DNA of 63,956 nucleotides, counting the filler, from Globobulimina sp. (Eukaryota): assembly GCA_003354225.1 (NCBI GenBank). It is 19 parts of 19 records of this genome, joined end to end, with 100 filler letters (N's around TTAATTAATTAA, not from the genome) between each part and the next. Parts side by side here need not be neighbours in the genome. Positions count along the whole stretch, not along the records: positions 23,619 to 26,891 come from PIVH01003241.1; positions 26,992 to 30,263 come from PIVH01003242.1; positions 30,364 to 33,634 come from PIVH01003243.1; positions 33,735 to 37,004 come from PIVH01003244.1; positions 37,105 to 40,374 come from PIVH01003245.1; 14 more parts are not named here. The stretch is one strand, 5' to 3'. The notes under the pieces were generated by a model that did not search any database, was not told the origin of the DNA, and saw only the letters and a program-made list of their open reading frames with translations. A program made the translations under genes and the position numbers. Position 1 is the stretch's first letter; the number at the start of each line of letters is the position of its first letter. Shown in pieces: positions 26,360 through 38,267 of the stretch.

Positions 26360-26891
26360 TTAAACATAATACTGCATCAAAATAGGCAATATTTGATTTA
26401 TTATGGCATCAATTTTATGTTTCTCAATTCGGCCTTCATCATTCAAATTGTTTTTTATTGTTTTTCGAACAAATTGAGCATTTTTTACAATATCCAACTC
26501 ATTGATATCCATTTCCTTTTCATCATCTTTTTTAGCAACATTCATGTTCATATTTTCTATTTTCTCGTTCATTTGTTTAATATCATACTTATTTTCAATT
26601 TTATTTTCTTGAGCTTTGTCGTCACAAAAATGAATAATTTTTGCATTCAATGCACCAATTTTATGGTTTGTACAACAGACAGAATCCACAGTTTTATCTG
26701 ACACAAAATCCAATGAGTTGAGCAATAAAACAGTATTGGTAAATAATGAAGAATTTTGAAAAAATTGCTGAAATTTAGATGTTTTATTCCAAAATGTGTG
26801 TTTGACCTGTTTTGATTCAGATTGATTATTAAAACAATACGACGCAAAATGCTCACAATTATTAAACATTTGATTATATTTTTTAGATCCA
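26360..26891 (-). CDS. LRAT/NlpC-P60-like protein C-terminus, 5' partial
   Basis: Catalytic NNCEHFASYC motif. Confidence 0.75.
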
Positions 26892-27184
26892 NNNNNNNNN
26901 NNNNNNNNNNNNNNNNNNNNNNNNNNNNNNNNNNNTTAATTAATTAANNNNNNNNNNNNNNNNNNNNNNNNNNNNNNNNNNNNNNNNNNNNATATATTAA
27001 TAGTTTTTTTGTGTTCATGTAAATTTTTTATTTGGTTGTTAAATATTATTAATTCAATTGAAATTAGTTTTCAATGTACGTGATATGATCGTCTTATCGC
27101 TGCTTTTAATAAAATGAATTTCTGTTTCTGAGGGGATATGAAAGCTGAACGACCCAAAACGTCCCTGTAGAAGATAAATGAAAC

Positions 27185-27920
27185 ATGTCAGTTATACAAA
27201 ATTTAAAAACGAACAATGCAACATCACCTCCACTGCAGCCGCCGCCACCACCACCATTAGAGCCAATAACATTTCCAACTGCTGATGTGCAGTTTTCACA
27301 CGACAGTGATGACACAGACATACCGAATACTTTGATGAAGAATAATCAGAATAATCTATCATTTGAGTGTTCACACTGCGATAAAGCATATGCATCACAA
27401 TCAAGATTAAGAAGACACAAATTATATCATTTAGATATCACAGAGAGACCATATAAATGTTCATTTTGCATTTGGTCATTTGTTCAACAATCTGAATTAA
27501 AACGGCATACTCAAAGAAAACATATATCAAACAATAATAAGCCAAATAATCATAAATTAAATGATGATGACATGAATGTTGCAGTCGATGATGTTAGTAA
27601 ACAGGAAATTGATTCAATGGAAGTGCCACTTCCACCATGTAAAGAAAGTAATGATTACGAACATAAAAACGACAAAATATTGAAATCAAAACGATCAAAG
27701 TCAACAAAGACAAAGCGATATGTTTATAAATATGATGATTTTGTTGATGGAATGGAATTTAACTTTGAGTGTAAATTTTGTAACAATTTTTTCAAAAGAA
27801 AACAACACCTAATCGATCATCAACGTATTCATAAAAAAGCAAAGCCGTGGACTTGCAAGTATTGTATGCGGTGCTTTGCCCTCAAACAGCAATGGAAAAA
27901 ACATCAATCTTCTCATACAT
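27185..27920 (+). CDS. C2H2 zinc-finger transcription factor (4 fingers); 3' end uncertain
   Basis: CxxC...HxxxH fingers with RPYKC and KPWTC linkers. Confidence 0.88.
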
Positions 27921-28058
27921 TGACAATGAGTAAACATACAACAATAATTATGTACTTCGCGCTTCAGAACAACACCTTTTTGATGCCCTTGCATTGTTTC
28001 AATCAAACACTCATTGGAAATACTATTATCACACAACGCACGTTTTTCATGTAGCTAC

Positions 28059-30263
28059 ATGGCTTCTCAATCTCAAACAAGATATCTTCTGATATCACAA
28101 GCGTGGATATTATTGCATTTTGTTGCTGTACTATCAATATCTCCATTCAGTTCATGGACACAACCAATATCTCCTACAATGCCCACTGGAAAAGCAACAT
28201 TAATGCTCGGCTATCATACTTCTACCAATCGAATATGGCTAATTGGTGCTACCAACAATACAGCAAATTTAAGCAACAATGAAATATGGTATTATGACAT
28301 TGAAAGTGATACATTTACAGATTATGGGAACTTACCATCAAGCCTAGTTATTGATAATTTAGATTCACAAAGTTTTACTCAACTCGGCGATTCAATATAT
28401 TTCATCAATAATTTGTTTTTGCGTGAATTTGATATGAATATTGGAAATTTAACAAATTCCAGCTCCGAAATAGCTGTTAGAAACAGCAAAGCTCAGTGTC
28501 TAACCAATGATGGCAGATATATTTTTGTTGTGGCCGGAGAGAGGGAGCATTCTGGCAATGGAGCGGACGTATTGCAAATATACGACACGATACAAAAAAG
28601 ATGGTTTACTGGAGACAACGTACCGCATTTTAGACGCAAATTAACTTGCATCGTATCACCAGATGGTAATTATTTATATGCATTTGGTGGTACATATAAT
28701 ACTGGTCCGCAAATGGAATATTTATTGAATTCAATAGAAAAACTTAATATCACTAATATGCTCGATGTGGAATTAAGCAATGCAACGTGGTCTACAGTGC
28801 CAATCACAATGGCATCAAATTATTATCTTCAAAGAAGTGTAGCTGATCCAGTAAATAATTTAATTTATATATTAGGTGGTAGGGTTGGTGTGGATGGTAT
28901 GTCTGATAGAAATGTGATAATATTTGAGCCTGATCCAATAAATGATAAGATTTCAACATCAACAATTTTAATGAACACTGGTCGTGCCTCGCCAGCGGCA
29001 ATTATGGTGAATCAAATAATATATGTATTCGGTGGTTATGGTAATGGTAGCAATGAATTTTCCACATTTGAGTTCTCAAATGAATTGACATTTGCACCCA
29101 CCACATCACCAACAACTACAAACCCAACAACACCAGGTGTGATATGATAAAATAAATGTAAACAATCAGATGATCAGCAAATCTATAGATTTGTTTCTAC
29201 CATTTTTCAGCGTCAGGTCTTTTTTTTTAATAAATTAATTATAATATTTTACATAAGATCCAAGTCATCCAACCACGGACTCGCCAACTACAACAGCACC
29301 AACACAACAGCAGGTATTTCTATATCTTATCTTCTAGAAACATTATATATATATACACAACAAAAGCGAGTGAATGATGTTGGTGCTTGGTGGTCATGTT
29401 CTTATTTGGAAATATATATTGGCATTAATGATATATTGATTATGGATATTCATCCATTAAAATTTGAATGTGCAGACATTTTTGATCTATCTACATCTGC
29501 GATATTGGGGACAGATTCTATTTGTTCATGGACTCAAATACATACAATTAATATATATTTATCATCCTCAGCTACCATAGATATCAATGACACCGTTACA
29601 ATTAAAAATAACGCATTTGAATATTTAAAAAATAACCAATGGTTTGCGTTAAATCACGACATAATAATTGATGATATACAGCATGAATGCCAGGATGCAT
29701 CGCCTATAATATCTATCAATATGCCAAATGAAATAGGAATTTGTGACAATTTATTGTTTGATGCTCGTAGCAAAATAGGCAATTTGGGTGGAAGAAGTGT
29801 GAAAGAAATTGAATGGCAAATTTCTTTAAACAACAATACCGAAATTATCCATGCAATGGACACATATCTGGTCGTTATACAAAATAATGATATTAACCCC
29901 GGATCATTGATATATTTTACATTCACTGTCGTAGCATGGTATAATAAATCATCGTCCATCAATGGAATGATTGTTAAATCAAATAATGCAATTCCGACTG
30001 TTGAATTGTTAGCATCATCAACAATAATCACCAGTTTTACAGATCAAATAAACATAGAATCGATTATATCATTCAATGATAAATGTTTAAATAATACAAA
30101 TATTTTATCATTATCATACTCCTGGAATGTTACACTTGAATCAATTATAAATGGATCTGGAATGTATGATGGATCTAAATTTAATCCATTAAATGATATT
30201 ATTATCAATAATAAACAAAACGTGCTGATAATAGGTAACGAATATATGCAATTAATACAAAAA
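28059..30263 (+). CDS. Secreted or surface protein: Kelch propeller + PT stalk + REJ/PKD-like region; multi-exon, 3' partial
   Basis: Signal peptide; Kelch GG motifs; introns after 29136 and 29313; LGTDSICSW...IGICDNLLFDARS...GGR resembles REJ-associated regions. Confidence 0.75.
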
Positions 30264-30363
30264 NNNNNNNNNNNNNNNNNNNNNNNNNNNNNNNNNNNNN
30301 NNNNNNNTTAATTAATTAANNNNNNNNNNNNNNNNNNNNNNNNNNNNNNNNNNNNNNNNNNNN

Positions 30364-30482
30364 TATGTACGAGAATATGTACGTAGAGAACAAGCAGATT
30401 CTGTGATGATATATTATTTATTGAAGAAAGAGTGCATATTTTCATTTGTGCCAAGATTTTTGTATCGTGTTAATGCATGGAC
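30364..30482 (+). repeat. 119-bp exact terminal direct repeat of contig 10 (second copy 33516-33634)
   Basis: Identical sequence at both contig ends. Confidence 0.97.
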
Positions 30483-30951
30483 TGTTGTTGCAGCAAGCAA
30501 TGCTTTGGAAAAAGCAAAAAGATTTTGTTCCAATCAAAAGGAAAGTGCTGATTGGACTGGAAGTGCGTATAAATCAGGTATTTAATGGCAACTGTTAATT
30601 CCAAAATGATATAAATATTGTTAGCACCACAGTGGTTTGTGATAGATGTTTGTAGCAGTAACTATGCGATAAATAAAATTGAATTAAAAAACAATTATTC
30701 TGATAACGATTCCATTCAATGTTTTACATTACAAATTATGGAATATGGATGGGATAAGTGACATTTATAATACAATGAATAATGGATGGAAAAATGTAAA
30801 ATCTTTTAGGAGTGCGCAAACCACAGAATGGCAGACATTTTCTGTCCCAAGCAATCTGAAAGTAAGGTCAAGGTATTGGAGATTTTATGTTTCGTCAATA
30901 TATGGTGGCGACTCAAATTATGTGAGTTTGAATTATTTAAAATTGAGCTGA
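30364..30951 (+). CDS. C-terminal F5/8 type C (discoidin-like) part of a BACK-domain protein that starts at 33117 across the terminal repeat
   Basis: PQWFVID...FTLQ...W...WQTF...SRYWRFYV; intron near 30578-30625. Confidence 0.7.
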
Positions 30952-31070
30952 CTGTGACAATTTTTCATATCTGATATTTCTATTTTTCGTAAATGACGAG
31001 TCAAGATTAACACAAAAAAAAAAGAAATGCAACAGTTGCAAAGAAAGAAAGAAACATTTTTGTAGAGATT

Positions 31071-31245
31071 TTATGCAACAAAGACTGTAAATATGATAGC
31101 TAGAAAGATTAACAACGCAAATACTTTAATCATAAGCCATCGATTGCCACTCAAACTCGATAAATATTTTTGTAACGCATCAATGGCGCCGTCCATATGA
31201 ACTATTGAATCCTCCACATTGTCTCCGATCTGTATAATGGTTTGT
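31071..31245 (-). CDS. Syntaxin-5-like Qa-SNARE C-terminal fragment
   Basis: IQIGDNVEDSIVHMDGAIDALQKYLSSLSGNRWLMIKVF followed by a TM tail. Confidence 0.8.
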
Positions 31246-31426
31246 AATAAAACGATAAGAGACCAGATATTGTAATCAAATTTGGAGTTATTATTTCTGG
31301 TAAAAATGATTGTAATTTCGACCACCAAAATTTCTTCAAATACGGCTCAATGTAAGAGGCAGAAGTGCAAGAATATTTGAAATCTTTGATTACGTTCCCA
31401 TGCTCTCTGATCAACTCTTTTAACAT
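31245..31426 (-). CDS. Choline/ethanolamine phosphotransferase (CDP-alcohol phosphatidyltransferase) N-terminal fragment
   Basis: FKYSCTSASYIEPYLKKFWW...LPEIITPNLITISG. Confidence 0.75.
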
Positions 31427-31529
31427 ATTGAAGAGAAGTTTTTATTTTGAATTGCAAAACGCTTCTACTGGATAAACCCAGAACAAACTCAAAACAAACT
31501 GGATGCACCGTTTGGTTTGGCTTTGGGCC

Positions 31530-32067
31530 CATTAAAAAGAAAATGTATATTTTCAACTGTTTCAAGGCGCAAAATATTGGATGTATGGTCAGTAGTTGCA
31601 GCAAGTCATGAATTAACTAAAGCGAAAAAATTATCATCCGTACAATCTCAAGCAGCTGAATGGGACAAACTCAAGTAATGCTAAATGTTGAGTGGTTTTC
31701 TGTTTTAACGGTGCATGGCTACATGCTTCACAATTAATTAATAATAATAGTACCGCAATGGTTCATTGTGGATATTGGTAAAGCAAGAACCATTACAAGA
31801 TTTGAATGGAAAAATAAATATGGTGATGGCGATTGTATAAAAGATTTTAAATTGCAAGTCTCGAATCAAGAGTGTAGATACAATGCACTGAATGCTGATT
31901 GTTGGATGGATGTTTGTTGTTATACAAGTAAAAAAAGTGCAGAGTGGCAAGCGTTTGTTGTGCCATGCAAAAGAACAGCATGGTCACGATATTGGAGATT
32001 TTACCTATCATCCATTCATGGAGGTACTAGTAACTACACCGCATTGGATTACTTGAAACTGGAATGA
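31530..32067 (+). CDS. Second F5/8 type C domain fragment, paralogous to 30364-30951
   Basis: WSVVAASHELTKAKK matches WTVVAASNALEKAKR; PQWFIVDIG...FKLQ...SRYWRFY. Confidence 0.65.
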
Positions 32068-32239
32068 AACAGTTATATAATAACTATCCACCAAATAAAA
32101 ATGCACTGAATGTCTATTAGATATTTAAGTGGTTTAGTCAGTAGAAAAGACGAGCTTTTCACTTTTGGAAGTTCAAGTTCTTTATTTGCCTCTTTACTGG
32201 TTCACTCAGGTTGAATACAAGAATTCCGACATTCCAATG

Positions 32240-33049
32240 TTAATTTGGCTTGATTTTATTTTTTAAATTGCATACTTTGACAAAGTTTTGAACGATCGAT
32301 GGATATATCACAACAGACACAACATACACTAATACGCAAACACATTTATATCCAATGTGAATTGAGGAATAGTTTGTAAATATATGATATGAACCATACG
32401 TTCCTAAAATAAATCTGGTGAGACCAAAAGTGAAAACATATAAACCTTTCCAAAAGACAATACTGTTCGAATATTTCTTGTTCGTAAATATTTCTATTAA
32501 TTTGGACATGTGATATATTGGATCGGTTATTTCACACCAAAATAATGCATAAAGAACAAAAAAACCAGAACGATCGCATATTAAATTCATACTACACGCC
32601 ATTGATGAGATCAAATGATGGATAATAAATATATATCCAGGGTGGCCAGTCAATTTTATGCTATATATTAGGCAACAAACTGTAACATCATATATATAAT
32701 AACCGATGGAAATACAGGAGATGAAACGTTGAAAATCTGTGGTGAATGAATACATATGTTTGTCCTCTAAGCGCATGACGTACAAATCCTCAAAATATGT
32801 GCCTAATATGATTATCAACGACCCATTCAATAATGAGCACAATCTGTCACAAAGAATAAAATGGGTCATTGGGTTCGCTTTAATATGCTTAAATTGTGGA
32901 TGCAAATATGTGGGAACGATGTAATAATAAAGTGATAAATATAAAAATGTAAACAGGAAGGTGCTTCCGAAAATATAAGATAGTGTTTGTGTGCTTAAAA
33001 ATGCTGAGAAATCTATTGACACATTCTCTGTTGGTTTCAACGACGCCAT
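32240..33049 (-). CDS. TLC (TRAM/LAG1/CLN8) domain membrane protein
   Basis: SIGYYIYD, IIHH, CEITDP, FGLTR motifs; multi-pass. Confidence 0.85.
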   Translation of the reverse strand: MASLKPTENVSIDFSAFLSTQTLSYIFGSTFLFTFLYLSLYYYIVPTYLHPQFKHIKANPMTHFILCDRLCSLLNGSLIIILGTYFEDLYVMRLEDKHMYSFTTDFQRFISCISIGYYIYDVTVCCLIYSIKLTGHPGYIFIIHHLISSMACSMNLICDRSGFFVLYALFWCEITDPIYHMSKLIEIFTNKKYSNSIVFWKGLYVFTFGLTRFILGTYGSYHIFTNYSSIHIGYKCVCVLVYVVSVVIYPSIVQNFVKVCNLKNKIKPN

Positions 33050-33116
33050 TATTAATTTAGCAATCTTCCAAAGTTTTTAACCATCACAAATATATGTATT
33101 AAATTCTGCGTATTAT

Positions 33117-33634
33117 TTGGATTGTTTGGATGAACAGTTTTATCAAAAATGTGTAGCTATTGTTATAAATAATGCACCTGCAATATTATCAAGTGCTGGC
33201 TTTCCTTCATTGCATCCACATTTATTAATCGATATTATAGCAAATGACCAGTTTCAAACAAATGAAGAAGATATTTGGATGGCATGCTTAAAATGGGCTA
33301 AAAATGTTAAATTGAAAGCTTTAAAATTCCCTTTCAAGAAATCAACAGTATTGCAGATCTATAAAAATTATGATAAGGATAATGATGAAAAAGCAAACAT
33401 GATTCAAACTCATGATTACAAAGAAAATTTAAAATTTAATGATTTATCTGCCATCCTGCAACCGATTCTTATTCATATACGATTCCCATTGATGAAACAA
33501 GAATTTTTTGTTGATTATGTACGAGAATATGTACGTAGAGAACAAGCAGATTCTGTGATGATATATTATTTATTGAAGAAAGAGTGCATATTTTCATTTG
33601 TGCCAAGATTTTTGTATCGTGTTAATGCATGGAC
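33117..33634 (+). CDS. BACK domain of a BTB/BACK protein, 5' partial
   Basis: EEDIWMACLKWA, HIRFPLM. Confidence 0.8.
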
Positions 33635-33806
33635 NNNNNNNNNNNNNNNNNNNNNNNNNNNNNNNNNNNNNNNNNNNNTTAATTAATTAANNNNNNNNNN
33701 NNNNNNNNNNNNNNNNNNNNNNNNNNNNNNNNNNCAACAGCAACGCCATTCAGTTCACATGGTTAGTAACTATCTAAACTAACACGGTTTTTTTCTTTGA
33801 TCATCA

Positions 33807-35002
33807 TTGACATTTAACATGGCAAATTGGACATGGCATGATTTAACATCCAATGACGACGAACTGGAAGTTAAACTGAGTAATGATACTGAACCAGAGC
33901 TGAAAACGAATGATTTTGCCAAAGTGGAGCAAACAGCATGCAAAGCAATGGATATTCACAATATACTGTTATTTTCTTGGCAGAAACTGTTTATTGATAT
34001 TAGACTGGAGGATGAATATAAAAAATCTCATATTAAACAATTTATAAATATTCCTTTAAATTCAGAGGAAAAGCATGTTCTCCATATATTAAAACATACA
34101 TTAACTGCAATGCTGCGACACAAAACCATTGATGTCTATTGTTATTCAAATAAAAATATAATTGCAAATAAATTAGATGTTAAATGGTATGCATATATTC
34201 AACAAATATTATACAAATATTTCACTAAACAATATAAATTTGGTACATTCAAAATGCTGGATATTGATTATGAAACATTTGAAAATAAATATGAATATCT
34301 CATAAATTTGGATAACTGCAAAGTAAGTGACATAGTTAAGCAATATCCGAGTATCATAATTGAGAATAAATTATTGCTGGGCGACAGTGATGATGCAGAA
34401 CATAGAGAAATTATAATTGATTATGGCATTTCACATATAATTAATGTAACATTTGAGTGAATTGACAGATTCACCAAATACAAATTACAAATATTGCAGA
34501 TAAGTTTAATGATTGTATTGAGTTTATGGAAAATGCATTGGATGAAAATAATGGTAATAATAATAATTGCATTTTATGTCATTGTTTTGCCGGCGTATCG
34601 CGGAGCTCATCGGTGGTTATTGCATATTTTATGAAAACAAGAAATATGGAGTTTGGAGATGCATTGCAATTTGTTAAAGATAAGCGAGCGATTATTTGTC
34701 CAAACGAAGGGTTTCAAAAACAACTAAAAATGTGGGCACACTCACAACCAAATGAAAATGGCGTTGAATGTTATGACAAAGGTAGTCATTCAAATGATGA
34801 GCGGGAAATAATCAGGCACTCCATCTCAAAGAATATGGATAAACGTAAATTTAGAGATAGATTGAAAGAGAAAGGATTGAAGAAAATTGTCATTATAGAA
34901 TCGGAGCATGATAGCATGGAATGGGATGTTTGGTGCAAACAGTCAGCGTGGACAGTGGATGGGGAATCATATATTATTTATACTGATGTTGTTGTCAAAT
35001 AA
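33807..35002 (+). CDS. Rhodanese + dual-specificity phosphatase (MKP-like), with an intron or frameshift near 34458-34500
   Basis: FIDIR..EYKKSHI, YPSII, ISHIINVT, HCFAGVSRS, AYFM, ICPNEGF. Confidence 0.85.
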
Positions 35003-35385
35003 TACAGGTTTGGCAATATTGTTGCATTGATTTCTTAGAGTTTTGAAGAAGATAATAATTATATTGTATGTATGTTGTGTTATATTTATGGAAAGGTTCA
35101 TTTGTTATCGCTAGTTGTGTCTGTCTGGATTTTCAGAAATTGGATATTCACGACAAAATCACGAAAAGTATATCTGGCATTATATAAGGAATAGATCCGA
35201 AGACCTGTAACCTTCTTTAGTTTGATAACTGTCATAATAATATAGGAAGTAATAAATGAAGTAAAAAATAAACAAAAAAAAACGAAAAGAAAGAAATGAA
35301 TAATAGTATATTTAGTATTGCTTAAACACAAACAAAAACAAACAAAAAAACACGTTGTATGCAAATTTCAGGAAAAGTAGAATTA

Positions 35386-35610
35386 TCTTTTGTGTGGGGT
35401 GGGCTCTGTCTGCTCTTTTGTGTGGGGGGTGTTCTGCCTGCTCTTTTGTGTGTGTTCTGTCTGCTCTTTTGTGTGTGTTGTCTGGGGTGTGTTCTGGCGT
35501 CATAAAGTGATTACACATAATGTTCGAGTCAATAAATCAGAAAAAAATTATTTTTAGAGTTTAGGTTAGACGACAAACACAAAAGCGGACAGAGCCCCCC
35601 ACACAAAAGA
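35386..35610. repeat. Foldback element: tandem TCTGTCTGCTCTTTTGTGTG units plus an inverted copy
   Basis: CTTTTGTGTGGGGTGGGCTCTGTCTGCT at 35387 is the inverse of AGCGGACAGAGCCCCCCACACAAAAG at about 35584-35609. Confidence 0.7.
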
Positions 35611-36222
35611 GTGTTTTGTGTTTCAAGTCGTGGTGTAATAAATATGCAAATTAACATAGACAAAGTATGTATTTTTATATCAAAATTTGGTGTTTTTATT
35701 ATTGAATCGCGGGGTCATTTGGTTCTATTAAAACTGACTGCCTTCAAACCGATTTGGCACCATTTGCACCATCATATTATTCATATCTTCATTCCCCAAC
35801 TTTATAAAAATTCCATCAGAAATTTCCAGAAAAAATTAACGTCAGCAACCAATTAAACCTTCAACAAATTAACAACATAAGAAAAATAAGGATTTAATTT
35901 ATTGAAAATATGTTTAACAATTTCAATAACTAATAAAGAATTTACATTTAATCTTTTAAGTTCTACGATACATTGTCTATTTATATTCCCTCAGTCATAA
36001 ATTAAATAATTCATTTTCGTTAATTTGCATGTAAGCAATTGAATCATTCAACGTCTTTATGAGGGTTATTAAAACAATAAAAATACTGAAAACATACCAC
36101 AGTTATCATCGGTGCAATTCATCGCTTTGTGGCTATTATTTGTTACTTGCTATTATTTGTTACTTGGTTTTTGTAATTAAGTGTGTTTTTCTTAGCTAAA
36201 CTTATAAATTTCTAACACCATA

Positions 36223-36630
36223 ATGGGAAACTGTTGTCAGGTCGATGCAACCACAAAAGAATTGGATCAAAAATTAGCCAAAGAAGATGAAATAGAAACA
36301 AACACCTCGAAAATATTGTTTCTAGGTATGCCATTTCAGACATTTATTCATTCAAAACACAACAACAACAAAAAGGTGCCGGAGGTGGTGGTAAATCGAC
36401 GATATTTAAACAATTGGGACGTATCTACAATGGCAGCTATGATACCGAATTTGATCAGGAATTACAGAACAAAATATATGCTCAAATCACAGAACAAATG
36501 CAAACCGCACTCACAATGTGGACGGAAACTATATGTACTGAACAAAAAGGAGACGATATCACTGACACATTAAATCAATGCATAGAAACTGTCCAAAACC
36601 ACAACGACTTAACCACATTTCCAGACAATT
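36223..36630 (+). CDS. G-protein alpha subunit N-terminus (intron 36326-36375), cut by a junction
   Basis: MGNCC acylation motif; KILFLG|AGGGGKSTIFKQL. Confidence 0.88.
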
Positions 36631-37004
36631 TATCAGTAGCTAACGTAATGTTTGCAGCTGTAGAAGCAGCACAAGTATTGTCAGTTGCATCAAAACCCCA
36701 AACAGGCACAGTGTAATTACCAGTTAACGTTACTTCCGAAGTAGCCTCAGCAAACATTGGAGTAAATACTCCTGCTACTAGAGCCGCGCCAGTTGTGTCA
36801 GCTGCAGCAGTGTTTACAGCAACAGTCAAGCTACCAAGACTAGCCTTATCAGTTACAGTTCCAGTAAATTTCTTAAAATCATCATTTACTTCTGCAGTAG
36901 CGTCTGTAGCAACAACAGTAGTCATAATACCTGATACAGGCTGAACAAGGTTAGACAAAGTTGCAGTTTTAAATGAGTTAGTCTGTGCAATGGCATCTGA
37001 AACA
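36630..37004 (-). CDS. Ala/Thr/Val-rich, bacterial-like surface protein fragment
   Basis: Intronless, GCT/ACT/GTA-rich codons, composition unlike the host genes. Confidence 0.45.
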
Positions 37005-37104
37005 NNNNNNNNNNNNNNNNNNNNNNNNNNNNNNNNNNNNNNNNNNNNTTAATTAATTAANNNNNNNNNNNNNNNNNNNNNNNNNNNNNNNNNNNNNNNN
37101 NNNN

Positions 37105-38229
37105 TACCTACCTAGGTAGGTACTGAATTGAGCCTTGCTGTGTCCGGTTGAGCAAAATTAATCGCTTTGGCCTGTAATAACTGTTTAAACATTACTTTAT
37201 TTTGACACATCTCTCCAGTGGCAACACCAATATTTAATTTATTTAATTCATTGGCAATCTTTGCATGTCCCAATATATCATCGGGCGACGTTGGCTCCTC
37301 GATCCAATACGGTCTGACAAATGCCAATTGTTTCATCCATGCAATGGCTGTCGAAATATCCCATACCTGATTGCAATCCATCATTAACAGACAATTCTCG
37401 CCAATCGACTCTCTCATAATGCGTGCTCTGCGCATATCATCTTCCACATTCCGACCAACCTTCATTTTAAATGCGCGAAAGCCGAGCTGCAAATATTTGC
37501 CACACAAAGCTCGGACTTTTTCATCGCTGTATCCGAGCCACCCCGCAGCAGTCACATACAATGGATAGCCATTACAATGCAGGAAATCAATTCTTTTTTG
37601 TTTTTTAAATTGATTTTGTTTCAATTCTCTTTTAATTTGAGCTGCGTTCAAAACATCGGTTAAATATTTCAAATCAACGCATTTATCCACCAACTCATTG
37701 ACATTCATATCAACTAAAAATTTCCATAATGGTTTGTTATAACACCAACTCCACAAATCAAAGATAGCATTGTTAAATGCTGCCGATGCTAAATGGATAA
37801 CACCTTTTTCTGGACCAAGCCATCTCATTTGAGGGTGATTCGATAATTTGCGACTAAATGCTAATGGATTTGACACAATTTCGCCAAATGACATTCCTGT
37901 AATGAAGGGAAACATTGATTGAATGCAAGCACATACGACTTCGGTGCCTTTGCCCAAAGTAAATGTCATGCCATGACCAACAATCTGTGATCCATTGCTG
38001 TTTGTAAATTTTAATAATATATATGCTGCTGAATAATCTGGATTTATATGAACAGCATCTGAACCATGCGAGAAATCTGATGTTGGGTCTATATATTTCA
38101 TGCATATTATACACCAAAATATATTGAACGAATGGAAACGGGACATGACCAACATCGAACATCAAATATTTCTATATCATTTAAGATGTATGTCCCAAAT
38201 GTGGACGGATCCACTTTATGCGTTGCCAT
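37105..38229 (-). CDS. ENOSF1: L-fuconate dehydratase (enolase superfamily member 1), 3' partial, intron near 38090-38154
   Basis: DVR|YPTS...GSDAVH.NPDYSAAY, RWLGPEKGVIHLA, AGWLGYSDEK, FKMKVG, WIEEPTSPDD, VATGE. Confidence 0.95.
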
Positions 38230-38267
38230 TATTCGAAAAACTAGTAATAATTAGATTACAACTCAAT

